NCBI GenBank assembly: GCA_951406725.2
Contig: OX597817.1
Location: 19,096,001-19,160,000, forward strand
Reading direction: 5' to 3'
Length of the DNA stretch: 64,000 bases
Origin: Octopus vulgaris
Lineage: Eukaryota
Shown here: piece by piece, positions 26,181 through 38,933 of the stretch
Layout: every line of letters starts with the position of its first letter
Numbering within the stretch: position 1 is the first letter of the stretch
Translations under genes and position numbers: made by a program
Notes under the pieces: generated by a model
What the model was told of the DNA's origin: nothing
Seen by the model: only the letters and a program-made list of their open reading frames with translations
Database searches by the model: none

Positions 26181-26387
26181 GATAAATCTCAGAGCGAGTT
26201 ATAAACAGTAGCGGTAACACATCGTGACGCATATTTGCCATTTGAATATGGCTAAACCATAAGGGTGGATGCTACTGTAGTTTGTAGCCCCAGGAAGATA
26301 TCTCCTCCAGCTGGCTATAGACACACTATCTGTGTCCTCTCAGTATTTGTGAAGGGGAGTCATCCTCCCCGTCTTCAACACATGATA

Positions 26388-26432
26388 CACACGTACCCGA
26401 TTTTCAAGGTGTTTACCTTTCATCAGCGTGTG
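26388..26432 (-). ncRNA. Type I hammerhead ribozyme motif
   Basis: Minus strand: cacacg CTGATGA aagg taaaca cctt GAAA ATCGGG TA cgtgtg. Confidence 0.8.
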
Positions 26433-26916
26433 ACAATCATGGTTGTCGACAAGAAGTCAACTCCCTTCACAAATACATATACTTTTTCCAGTGTCGATTG
26501 ACACTGATATTGAAAAAGTGAAATCAAACAATGATAAATCTCAGAGCGAGTTATAAACAGTAGCGGTAACACATCGTGACGCATATTTGCCATTTGAATA
26601 TGGCTAACCCATAAGGGTGGATGCTACTGTAGTTTGTAGCCCCTACACTTTTTCAATATCAGTGTCAATCGACACTGGAATAAGTATATGTATTTGTGAA
26701 GGGAGGAGATATCTTCCTGGGGCTACAAACTACAGTAGCATCCACCCTTATGGGTTAGCCATATTCAAATGGCAAATATGCGTCACGATGTGTTACCGCT
26801 ACTGTTTATAACTCGCTCTGAGATTTATCATTGTTTGATTTCACTTTTTCAATACCAGTGTCAATCGACACTGGAAAAAGTATATGCATTTGTGAAGGGA
26901 GCTGACTTCATGTCGA

Positions 26917-26986
26917 CAACCATGATTGTCACACGCTGATGAAAGGTAAACATCTTGAAAATCGGGTACGTGTGTATCATGAGTTG
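26917..26986 (+). ncRNA. Extended type I hammerhead ribozyme motif
   Basis: caac catgat tgt cacacg CTGATGA aagg taaaca tctt GAAA ATCGGG TA cgtgtg t atcatg a gttg. Bulged extended stem I. Predicted cut after 26968. Stem III is weak (A opposite G at the second pair). Confidence 0.8.
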
Positions 26987-27133
26987 AAGACGGGGAGGAT
27001 GGCTCCCCTTCACAAATACTGAGAGGATACAGATAGTGTGTCTATAGCCAGCTGGAGGAGATATCTTCCTGGGGCTACAAACTACAGTAGCATCCACCCT
27101 TATGGGTTAGCCATATTCAAATGGCAAATATGC

Positions 27134-27182
<49 letters not shown>

Positions 27183-27295
27183 AATAGGTGAATGAATTAT
27201 CCTATGTTTGGAATGAAACCATGATGTCTTCGAAACATACGTCGAGAGTAAAGGAATTTTGTTAACATCTTTGTTCGACTCCATTCTTTCATCTA

Positions 27296-27339
<44 letters not shown>

Positions 27340-27604
27340 CATACATGCATATACACATACATGTGCGTATGTGTGTATGTGTGTGTGTTGGTCCACCTAC
27401 CTGAGAACCAATGATGATGTGTTTAGGTCCCCGTATATTAGCGGTTTGGCAACAGTGATCTATAGAATATGTACCAAGCTTAAAAAGTGAGAAATATAAG
27501 AAATATATACATATATATATAATAATATAAATAATATATAAATATATGCCTATATACATAAATATACGTACATACATACATATATATGTATATATGATAC
27601 ATAT

Positions 27605-28105
27605 ATGGTTACAGGACATAAAATTGTACAAAACGAGAAACGAGAACATAAAAAACAAAATCATAAAAAACAAGCATTTTTCGAACAACGGAAGAAACAA
27701 ACAAACAAACTGAGAGACGAGAAAGACAACATAAAAAAACAAAAACATTCCCTTCGTCAGTTGTCCCTTGTTTTAAGTACTCCGCTTTTCGAAGGTAGAG
27801 ACAAGACGCGAGTTCGTTAAAACAGTCCTTCCCGCAAGAATTTTTGCGGATGGTGAAAGTGGTAACAAAAACAGGACACTGAGGACAACAAACGGTGAGG
27901 GCCTTTAAGCCAATATGATTTGAAGTGGAGAACGCTGGAGATAAAAACGTGCTTTGAGAAGAGACAGGTAAAAACACGTCATATCTTTAGGAAGGAAGTG
28001 GAAGAAAGAAAGATGTATAGCCGTTGGTTACGTGTGAGCGACAAGAAAGTCAAAGAGGAAGAGTGTGTGTGAGAGAGAGAGAGAACCATGAAAGGAAGAG
28101 GAGAA
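27605..28105 (-). mobile_element. Penelope-like pLTR remnant with permuted hammerhead-like motif at 27754-27815
   Basis: Minus strand: cGAA ctcgcg TC ttgtctc [30-nt loop] gggacaa CTGACGA aggg. Flanked by TA-rich tracts. Confidence 0.5.
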
Positions 28106-28215
28106 TATATATATATATTTCTCTGGGCGGGCAAGTGCCTACTATAATAGCCACCGATAGTAAATCCTTGTTAGTAGATTTGTTGGATAGAAACTGAAAC
28201 ACGCCAGTCGTATTA

Positions 28216-28277
<62 letters not shown>

Positions 28278-30541
28278 GCACATATATATATATATGTGTG
28301 TGTCAGTGTGTGTATGTATGCATGTGTGTGTGAGTGTATGTATGCATGTGTGTGTGTATGGTTCGATTCATTCGACTAAAATTCTTCAAGTTGGGATCAT
28401 TAACTCTCATGGTCCTTCATGTCGAACTACAACGGAATCTTTTTATTCAAGTGTTTGCACACACATAATCACACACACACATACACACACACACGTGCGC
28501 ATTTGGGAGCTATGTTGTAAACAGATTGAGATCACTCAATTATAATAGATATAAGGTCAAGTGGACTAGGTCACGAGATGTGAGAGATACTATTCAGAAC
28601 GCAGGACAGAGCGTTGTGTATTGTATATTATATACAATACAGCGTTTCAAGCAAAGAAAGATGCGATGGAGGCGTAGAGGAAAAGGAGTGGTAAAAGATA
28701 CAGGTTGAACATGGAGGTCACGGAGGTGTAGTCGGGAATATAAATAATTAAGAAGTCTGCATTTGTCAGTAACAAAAACGGCTTAATATCCAGAGTGGAG
28801 GTTAGTGGGATAACAAAAATATTTTAGTCTTGGCAGCATGTGGATAAAGAAGTGGAACTGGTTCAAATAAGTAGAACAGTAAACAAGTAGAATCTACTGC
28901 AATGACTGTTGAGAACCTAAACTGAGTGCATAAAATTGGAAATTCCAAATTGATATGGTGGAAATGAGATGACTAACTGTCAGTGCTATGAATTTGTAAG
29001 AAGATATTTCGAGGATAGCTGACTCATCTATTAAGAGCATTAATTGAAATATAGTAGCTAAAGCCCATGCAATTGGACAGTGTCTTCAATTAAGTGAGTA
29101 TGAGAAGTACACGTACGTCTATGCTCTCAGTACAAAAGCTTTAGAGTGCCTTTAGTAAATTAGAAGTGGTACACCAAAAGGAGATGAAACAAGCTAAATC
29201 GGTTTAATAAAAAAAGAAGGAATGCAAAATTCTTTAAGTAAAATCCATTCATCAGGAAGGAAAAGGTCTAGATTTAATCCAACATGTAACAACAAAGAAA
29301 ATATCTGTTCGTTCGATAGGTCTAATAGAAATAATGATCCTTCTATAATGTTAAATATAGGAAGGACATATTGGATAATAAAGACCTACCAAAAAATCTC
29401 AGTTGATAGAGGTTGCATCATCTCCTGCCGTAGGTTTGCTTAAACTTAGTGCTAATTTGCAAAAGTTAGCTTGATATAATTCTGTCTCCCATATCTAAAG
29501 TTACTCAATAGGAGATATATATATGTTAAATCACTCCTGTATATATTAATATCCTAAATATTGAAGTTCTATTTCACATAAAGCCAAATGTGGCAGTCAG
29601 TTGTGTTGCTGAATAATAGAAATTTATTGAATATCAACTAAGAGGAGAAACACACAAATATACGCACGGTCATACATCAGTACAGCTATTAAATATAAAT
29701 CCGAACTGCAAGGGATTAAAGTGTAAAAGAATATGAGTAAAATAGGGAGTTTGTGATTTTGTGGAACTTTTCGGAAATATGAATAACAATTATAAACATT
29801 TATATAATAGGTATATTTCATTGTTTTATCCGTAATATTGCGAACTTTGTACAGAATTTATGAAGTCGTAGAATAGAAATATTAAGTTCATGAGAGGAGA
29901 GAATTTATTAAAAAGTGAAAATTAAGCGCAGACAATAGTGTGTTGTGCTATCCTTCGATAACAAATGGATTTTTGCATGCACAAAACTATATTTACAGAA
30001 AATAGTAAATGACATTCTAACAAGTATTCAATTTATAGCATATTACCTATAAGTGTATTTCGGATAAAGCAAATTTGATTTAAGACATACACGTTCATAT
30101 AAACAGTCCATCATACACGCACGTATGAAATAACAAACTAAATTTCAACTATATATTAAGTTTATTCAGACAATAATATGATTGAATAAGGCCCTTGCTG
30201 AAGGTCTATTTTATCAGAACTAAGTGAATGTAAATCTCTCGTCGCTAGATAAACAAACAAAGCAATCACCTACCTGGCTTCGACGCAGCAATGTTCATAC
30301 TTTTAAAATATGTTTCTCACATACCTACATGTATAAGCAAAAGCACATATAAAACAGACTGCCAACAACTATAGAAACGCCAATGCATAGAAGAAGATAT
30401 GTATTGGTAACACTTACGCAGGCATATACAGCTAAGTTTAATATAAAAAAATAGGCGAGTGTATATAAATTACCATTAATAAATGATTACACATTCCTTC
30501 ATGTGGATGCTTATATACGTGTATATATATCTATATCTATA

Positions 30542-30588
<47 letters not shown>

Positions 30589-31954
30589 ATATATATATAT
30601 ATATATATACATATATATATAAGCATATGTGTGTGTGTATACATCCACATATGACCATACTCACCTACACGCGCACATACATTTATATACATATAGTTAA
30701 TACATGCATGTGTGAATGTATGTATGTGCGTGCGTGTCACGTCTAAGTTCCACTGAGAGAAGAATCAGCTAAACACGTCACCACAAAGATATTTATATTT
30801 GAAAGGCAGGTTAGCCATTGTCTGATAGGTTAGAAGGTGTTAATATTTTAGTGCCTTTATGCACGACATCTTCCACACTCTCTTGAAATACCTGAAAAGC
30901 TGCGAGTTAAATCGAAGATAATTGCGAAAATAAATAAAAACCGATTTGATAAAGTGTGACCCCATGAACTGTTCCATAAACAATTCGCCAATGCATCATC
31001 TAGTGTTCAAATAAACATCAGGATTTGATGAAGAAGTATATAAGTCAAACATATCACTCGGCTCTATGTGCTTTAAGAATATCTATGTCGTTAATTATTT
31101 TAAGGTTAACGGAGGGAAATTTCTTTGCGTCTATTATATAATTACATATTGATGATATAGTTTCATTTAGACACAGGTTAGCTCTGATCCAAATGGCCTA
31201 TTATTAACAGATTTCCAAGCACAGCATCCCAACATTTATTCAATAACACAGTTCGTCCAAGAGTATGTTATTTAACGTAGCTTTCCTTATTAAAGGCGTT
31301 ATGGCGTCATCTGAGAATATTTGATTGCTATTTCTTACAATTTGAATGATCGATATAAGGTTTCATCTTTGCTTGTCGGGGATAAATTTTTCAGTTTACT
31401 ACAACGGCAAATGCTGTTGACACTGTGCTTGAAATCGCATATTTCTACCACTCACGTTACAGTAATCTAAGTATTTTCAAGAAGAATATCTATTTTAAAC
31501 ATGCAACGCTTGCTCCAAATATGTTTAACGGAAACCCACTCTTCAGTGAAATACTTTATGAATCAATCAATAGAACATTAATAAGTAAATTTACATCTTG
31601 CCCCGTGGTTATATATCTCATTCTGTTTCAGTGTCAATCCATTCATGAATATATTGCATATTTATGCGTATGTCTTTACAAGGATGTGTATCTTATATAA
31701 ATCAAAGTTGAATACGCCTACACACTGTCAAACTTGTATCAAATATGACATACGCATAAATACTCCTATTTATAATAAATACGATGAGCGAAGTATTAAA
31801 GTGAGAAAAATAGAGAAAGTATTTGATTCATTCATTTAATGACTGTTTATTCATGTGTATACACACACATACACAGACACACAGACACACAAACAAACAC
31901 ACATACACACATATATACCAATGCTTTCTTGTATGTATGTAGATATATTTATAA

Positions 31955-32814
31955 CTATATATAATTATAATACAGGGTAAAAATCATTAATGATTTTACC
32001 TGGAAATAAATCCTTATAGGTAAATTTCACAAATATTTTAATAATTATATACATAATTATAACAAGCCTCTCCACGTACTAGAAAAATAGACGCCTAAAG
32101 ATACTATAACTACCTTAAATTCTCTGAAAAATAAAGCATGTGCTGTAGTCGGGCAGAAAAAATAATGAATTAATCTTTTGGTAAACCGTGTAAAAGATCT
32201 TGTTTGAAGCTTAAGGTAAAAACAAAAAGAATTATATTTACTGCTCTCATCAGCAAGGATATTCTATAGTATAGATTAACGAGTATCTACACGTACGTGT
32301 ACGAGCAGAGTCTTCGTACAACAATGTATATACATACTCGCAGAATTCTCATCTCTCTTTTCAACCACGTGTAGTATATAAAAACATAATCTGCAGTGAA
32401 TGCAGTTATGATCAAGGAGTAAATTTTTCAAATATTAATTGTAATAAAAGATAAACAATCATTAATGATTTTACCAAGGGGCTCAGCGCTGAAATAAAAA
32501 CCTTATAGGTAAATTTTACAAATATTTTAATAATTATGTACATAATTATAGCAAGGGATTGGCTATTAACCTCTCTATGCTCTAGAAAAATAGACGCCTA
32601 AAGACGCTATTACCACCTTAAAAACTCTGGAAAATAAAACACGGGCAAAAAGTCGGGCGAAAGAAAAATAATGAATTAAATTTTTGGTTAACTGTGTATG
32701 ACATACTGGTAAATTTACTCCTTGACCAAAACTGCATTCACTGCAGAGTATGTTTTATATATAACACGTGGTTGAAAAGAGAGATGAGAATTCTACTTTA
32801 GTGTACATTTCTGC

Positions 32815-32878
<64 letters not shown>

Positions 32879-33441
32879 TAGCAGTATCACCCGGCGTTGC
32901 TCGGGTTTGTAAGGGAAATAACTATATAAGCATTTTAGAGAGTTACTTCCCTTATATAACCCATGCAAAGATCAATAAAAATGCGGAAAAATGATGGTAA
33001 ATCATCGAGATGCGCGCTAATACCCAGAAAGGGCTCGATATGAGTGACGACTATAAGATACCCGATTTTGGTTAAACTGCACCGCAAAATGTGGGAGTAG
33101 TTAGGAATCGAAATCGGAGGAGACAACTTCAATTTTATATATAAAGATACATATTGCTGTACGAAGTCGCTGCTCATATACGTATATGTAGATACTCGTC
33201 AGTTTATACTATGGAATATCGTTACTGATGAGAGCAGTAGATATAATTTTTTCTTTACCTTAAGCTTAAAACAGGATCTTGTACACGGTTAACCAAAAGT
33301 TTAATTCATTATCTTCCTTTTGACCGAGTACTGCAAGTGTTATTTTTTTATATTTTGGAGTTTTTCTGGTGGTAATAGCGTCTTTAGGCGTCTATTTTCT
33401 AGCGTGTGGAGAGGCTTATAGCCATTTCCTTGTTATAATTA

Positions 33442-33445
<4 letters not shown>
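31955..33445. mobile_element. Older tandem plus inverted array (about 475-bp unit) with decayed hammerheads
   Basis: aatcattaatgattttacc at 31982 and 32457. Inverted copy at 32710-32795 and 33150-33445. CTGATGA gagc...gctt (c/a)aaa CA(A/G)GATCTT(G/T) TA cacgg at 32186-32258 (-) and 33220-33288 (+). Confidence 0.75.
32878..33147 (-). mobile_element. Non-autonomous Helitron
   Basis: 5' TCtttatatataaaa, 3' hairpin cccgagcaacgccggg followed by ...ctgCTAG, inserted between A and T, no TSD. Confidence 0.85.
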
Positions 33446-33527
<82 letters not shown>

Positions 33528-33821
33528 TGTATGTATGTATGTATGTATGTATGTATGGATGTATGGATGTATGTATATAGAAAAAAAAGGGTATTGGAAG
33601 GCCCTGTATATGCCCAATGATTCACTTTAGTATGGCTGAGAGTCTCATGAGGGAGTAATTTATTCATTTCTATAGTGAGTTACTCCAAAGTAACTTGACA
33701 CAGCGAATGGTGTGTAAAACACCGAGGTATTATGGCTGAAACGTCGACCTTACAAACATAAACTCTACGATATTAATCGGTACTTTTATCTTTTTTTGTA
33801 CTTTATATATTCTTTTATACT

Positions 33822-34234
33822 TTTATTCTTTTACTTGTTTCAGTCATTTGACTGCGTCCATGCTGAAGCACCACCTTTAGTCGAACAAATCGACCCTAGA
33901 ACTTATTCTTTGTAAGCCTAGTATTTATCCTAGCAGTCTCTTTTGCCGAACCACTAATTTACTGGGAGGTAAACACACCAACTTATGTTGTCAAGCGATG
34001 TTGGGGATACAAATACAGACACAAATAACAAACACACTCATACATATATATACAGATATATATATATACGACAGACTTCTTTCAGTTTCCGCCTACTAAA
34101 TCCAGTCACAAAGCTTTGATCGGCCTGTCGGCCTGAGGCTATAAGACAACACTTTCCCAAGGTGCCACACTGTGGGACTGAACCCGGAACCATGTGGTTG
34201 GGAAGCAAGCTTCTTACCACACAACCACTCCTGC

Positions 34235-34237
<3 letters not shown>
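33822..34237 (-). mobile_element. CORE-like octopus-type SINE
   Basis: Full-length match to the 16497-16907 copy. Confidence 0.9.
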
Positions 34238-34305
<68 letters not shown>

Positions 34306-34484
34306 TGTGTGTGTCTGTGTGTCCAGTGATTCAGTTTAATGTTGTTTAGAATCTCATGAGTGAGTCATTCCTAGTTTGTTAAATCCTTCGACAGATGTAT
34401 AAGACTGAGTTATTATGGGGTGAATATTTGACTTTACATACATAAACTTTACTATATGGACTGAATACTCTTATCTTATTCTGT

Positions 34485-34528
<44 letters not shown>

Positions 34529-34857
34529 CACACACATAAATGTTCACATCCTACTCGCTTGGATGTGTTGTTTCAAACGCTGTAAGCTGCGGTACTCCTC
34601 CTGAAAAATCATCTAGTATAATCGTTGAGTATTAAAAAGTACCGGTTACATCGGTAGACGAAATTTCGTGAGCAGAGGCGGATGAGACTGTTGTGTCATG
34701 TGATTTTCAATGTAATTTGCTCTTCCTCAGTAAAAAGGCAACCTACCACCGAATGTCAGATCAAAATTCCATCAAATCGACATAGTTGAACACTGACTAA
34801 ACGCAAGATGCTGGCAGGCCTGTGTTAAACAATGACATCCTTCCGTGGTGCCTTTAA

Positions 34858-34911
34858 TCACTCAACATCTATACGAGACGATTTATCAAGGCGACCACCG
34901 TAGTTTACAAC
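34858..34911 (-). CDS. Candidate terminal exon of a - strand gene (VVNYGGRLDKSSRIDVE*)
   Basis: Acceptor ctgttgttttcaag|, phase 0, compatible with the 35771-35902 exon. Confidence 0.35.
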   Translation of the reverse strand, partial: VVNYGGRLDKSSRIDVE

Positions 34912-35770
34912 CTTGAAAACAACAGATCCAAGTTAAGTTGAATGAGCAAATTAATATTCAATAGAAAGTCTGTTTCCATCACTAATTGCTAATACACACA
35001 CACACACATACAAGTACACACCCACACATACACAAGTACACACGTATTAGACATACTGTATAGCATTCATTCATGACTGGATATTATGCCTTAACAATTA
35101 CTGGTTTCTTCATATGATATAAGATAGGGTCCATTGTTTCAGAATAATTATATTGGCTATATTATCTTACTCTGTTACTGTATTCAGATTTTGAGGAGTG
35201 CCCTTTAATTGGCTTTCTGCTAGATGTTCCTGCTTGTCAGTTTACTTTGACAGTCAGATGTAATTGTGTGTACTTGGGTTTCTGTGGAAACGTGTATCTG
35301 TGTATATTTGTGTGTTTATAAGAACGTATGTATGCGTTTCTTTTTTGGGATGTCTCCGTATTCGTTTCACAATGCATCATTGTGTCTGTGATCACCATGA
35401 TACGTTATATGTACTCGTTAGCAATACAGGCATTCCAACAGCTGCGAAATGAAATCCCAGTAGAATAGGATATGTTTCTCTCTTCTATCTTCATGTAATA
35501 ATTTGCACTTTATTTAATCATAAGGTCAGAGTGACACCAGCCTCTATATCAAATGAACATACAGTAATTTCATAAATCAGACTATTTCTTCCTGAAAATA
35601 TAAATAATTTACAATATTCCACAAAAGTTTTGATTATTCGTGCTGAAATATTCATACATTATATACTATTTTGTCATTCTAACTTACGCTGAAGCTTATA
35701 GATAAGTCTCAAAAGTCAGACAGAAGCACAGAAACTCAAAATTTACAGCAATCAATAAAGATAGTCTTAC

Positions 35771-35902
35771 CAAATCTACATTCAAAAATACATTTTGAAA
35801 TCTACATTCGAGTATATCATCTTGATCACCTTGATCACCTTGACCGACCAGTTCGTCGGGCGTCCATTTGACATCGCTGGTCACAGCAGGCTGTTCACTC
35901 CC
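35771..35902 (-). CDS. Candidate internal exon (GSEQPAVTSDVKWTPDELVGQGDQGDQDDILECRFQNVFLNVDL)
   Basis: 132 nt, ...gcttag| acceptor, TTG|gtaaga donor, open phase 0-0, higher GC than its flanks. Confidence 0.45.
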
Positions 35903-36164
35903 CTAAGCATATATGTTCCAATATATACAGAGACACATCGTCAGATATATACCATTCAAAGTATGCATACCCACGCAAGCAATGGTTCAACAGACAAAAT
36001 CATCAAACAAGTTAAGTTTAAACATTGAAAAAAAATGTACAAAGAAATTAAATTTTAATAAATGTATTGAACACTCCAGGAAATTTTCTGTTCTATTATC
36101 TTTTTTAATCTACGAATCCACGCCATCATTTTCCCCGTCATCTCTAGACTTCAATAAGTGAATA

Positions 36165-36392
36165 TATTTCTTTACTACCCACAAGGGGCTAAACATAGAG
36201 GGGACAAACAAGGACAGACAAAGGGATTAAGTCGATTACATCAACCCCAGTGCGAACCTGGTACTTTATTTATCGACCCCGAAAGGATGAAAGGCAAAGT
36301 CGACCTCGGCGGAATTTGAACTCAGAACGTAACGACAGACGAAATACCGATAAGCAGTTCGCCCGGCGCGCTAACCTTTCTGCCAGCTCGCC
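36165..36392 (-). mobile_element. Nin/Deu-like SINE monomer with 14-bp flanking duplication
   Basis: Matches the 20805-21037 unit. GACTTCAATAAGTG at 36147-36160 and 36398-36411. Confidence 0.9.
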
Positions 36393-36646
36393 TATATGAC
36401 TTCAATAAGTGTATAATAGCTGAATTAGTCTTAGAAATCAGGCTTCTCTATTAGATGTACATATATCTTCATATAAAAATATATATCTGAAACATGAGGG
36501 TTAATGTGTTCTAATACAGCTTAAATTTTGTATCTAGTAAACAGAAGGACGTACTATAAAGATGAAATTATATCATATTAAATAAAAGAAATATGAAAAA
36601 ATCGGACAGGTGAAAATGATAATGATATCATTATACACAAACATGT

Positions 36647-36858
36647 AGGCGGCGTGCTAGCAGAATCATTAGGGCGCCGGACAAAATGCTTAGCAATATT
36701 CTTCCGTTTTTATGTTCTGGCTCCGAATTCCACTGAAGTCGACATTGACTTTGATTCTTCAGGATCGATAAAATAAAAACCAGTTGAGCACTGGGTCGAT
36801 GAAATAGACTGTACTGTTCCCTGCAAATTTCAGGTCTTGTGCCTATAGTAAAAATAAT
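36647..36858 (+). mobile_element. Older Nin/Deu-like SINE
   Basis: ggcggcgtgctagcagaatcattagggcgccgg...ggatcgataaaataaaaaccag. Confidence 0.75.
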
Positions 36859-37293
36859 TTTTATGCGTACAAAGATATAAACTGGAAAATACTATAACCG
36901 AAATCAATTCTGTGAACGAATAAGAGTCAAATGAAAAAGACACGTAGTATACTCTAGTATAAGCTAAATTGAGGCGCACTCTAGTATAAGCTAAGCCGAG
37001 GAAAATTTGAAAGTTTGAATTTACGACAAAGTAGCAAAAAGTATACAGAATATACACAATTAACATTTTTTCTACACACTATAAAATTCTTAAAGTTTCT
37101 AGTAGTTGGCAGCTATGTATATCGTTATGTAATCCTCCTTTCGAATCGTTAGTGCACCATAATTTGGGACAAATAAATCAAGCTAAATTTAACCTTTTAC
37201 TAAGTTCCCTATAGAGAGAAAGTAGTTTGTAGTTTAACAGGGGTCATAGATATTTTGTTTTTAATCTTAAATCGTTAATTATTCAGCAAGAGA

Positions 37294-37349
<56 letters not shown>

Positions 37350-37930
37350 TGTGGCGAGGAGAATTTCTAACATGCACATTAATATTTCCAGGACAAAGGA
37401 AAAGAAAACGCGAAAATTGTACTCTGAAATATGAAGAATTATGAAAGATACCATAGGATCAAAATTCAATCGACATGGATAAAACAAACACGTATCTCTA
37501 AATTCAACAAGAAAGGGACAAAAGAAACCTCACGCCCTTATAAATTAGCTATAAACAGACTCTATTGCGGTGGTACTCTCTTTGGAAACACATCGATGTT
37601 GTGCGGAGAAGACGTTGACAAACAATGGAATTTATTTAATAGCTTCGTGTGTTATTAAATGGCTGTCTGTAAACTAGTTTAACATTAAACTGTAAGATTC
37701 CTCAGTGTGTTTTATTAGGATACATATTCATTTTTACAAAGAAAAAATGCAAGGTAGTGCATAAATACAGACATGCATGCATGCACACATACACACGCGC
37801 GCGCACGTACACACATATATGCGTACGTGCGTGTAAGTGCATTTGACTGTGGATTTAGAAAAGGAGAACGAAAGAGAAAGATACAAATTGAAAAGACAAA
37901 TTTCAATAAATAATATATAAACCCAGTAAA

Positions 37931-38327
37931 AGGAGTGGCTGTGTGGTATGTAGCTTGCTTCCGAACCACATGGTTCAGTCCCACTGCGTGGCACCTTGGG
38001 CAAGTGTCTTCTACTATAGCCTCGGGCCGACCAAAGCCTTGTGAGTGGATTTGGTAGACAGAAACTGAAAGAAGCCCGTCGTATATATGTATATATATAT
38101 ATTTATATGTGTGTGCGTTTGTTTGTGTGTCTGTGTTTGTTCCCCTAGCATTGCTTGACAACCGATGCTGGTGTGTTTATGTCTCCGTCACATAGCGGTT
38201 CGGCAAAAGAGACCGATAGAATAAGTACTGGGCTTACAAAAAATAATCGAGTTGCTCGATTTAAGGCGGTGCTCCAGCATGGCCGCAGTCAAATGACTGA
38301 AACAAGTAAAAGGGAAAGTAAAGAGTA
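37931..38327 (+). mobile_element. CORE-like octopus-type SINE
   Basis: Match to 16497-16907 with small deletions. Confidence 0.9.
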
Positions 38328-38519
38328 TATAATTTCATAAATAAGATGAAACGTTAAGCATGTCTGTTCTTACTTACGTTATATCTACTTATTACTAAAC
38401 AATTGAATACCAAGGTAATCCGATAATAATAACAAACATATTAAACCAAAAGGTGGGCATCCAATAGATCTATGAAGGGCGCCTTTAAATGATCCTTCAG
38501 CCTCCTACATACACTAAAC

Positions 38520-38933
38520 ATATTGCTTTCAATTTTTGTTTAAAAAAGCCAAGCATTTTAGGGGTTGGGTAAGTCGATTACATGTTCAACAGGTACTCAT
38601 TTTATCAATACCGAAAGGATGAAAGAAAATTTTGACCTCTGCGGAATTTGAACTCAGAACATAAAGGACGAAATTCCGCTATGCATTTTGCCCGGCGTGC
38701 TAACGATACTTATTTCTTTACTGCCTACAAGGGGCTACACACAGAGGGGACAAACAAACTGATTAAGTCGATTATATCGACTCCAGTGCGTAACTGGTAC
38801 TTATTTAATCGATCCCGAAAGGATGAAAGGCAAAGTCGATTTCGGCGGAATTTGAACTCAGAACGTAACGGCAGATGAAATACTGCGAAGCATTTTGCCC
38901 GGCGTGCTACCGTTTCTGCCAGCTCGCCGCCTT
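38520..38933 (-). mobile_element. Two adjacent or nested Nin/Deu-like SINE units
   Basis: gaaaggatgaaag...gcggaatttgaactcagaac occurs twice. Confidence 0.8.

Larger units (their letters stand above)
26178..27138. mobile_element. Retrozyme-like array: 352-bp monomer in tandem and inverted copies within (TA)n
   Basis: aatgataaatctcagagcg recurs at 26178 and 26530 (period 352). 26646-27138 is the inverted counterpart. One hammerhead per complete monomer. Confidence 0.85.

Noticed and set aside
26265-27097. Repeated 78-aa ORFs MDATVVCSP...
   Set aside because: GTG starts, antisense to the ribozyme strand, no motif; by-product of the repeated monomer.
26178-27138. CRISPR-like or classical MITE interpretation of the repeats
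   Set aside because: No short repeat-spacer periodicity. Arms are permuted whole units without fixed TIR ends or a discernible TSD, and the context is eukaryotic.
36943-37000. Tandem actctagtataagctaa resembling a pogo/Tigger-type terminus
   Set aside because: No partner TIR or transposase remnant found.
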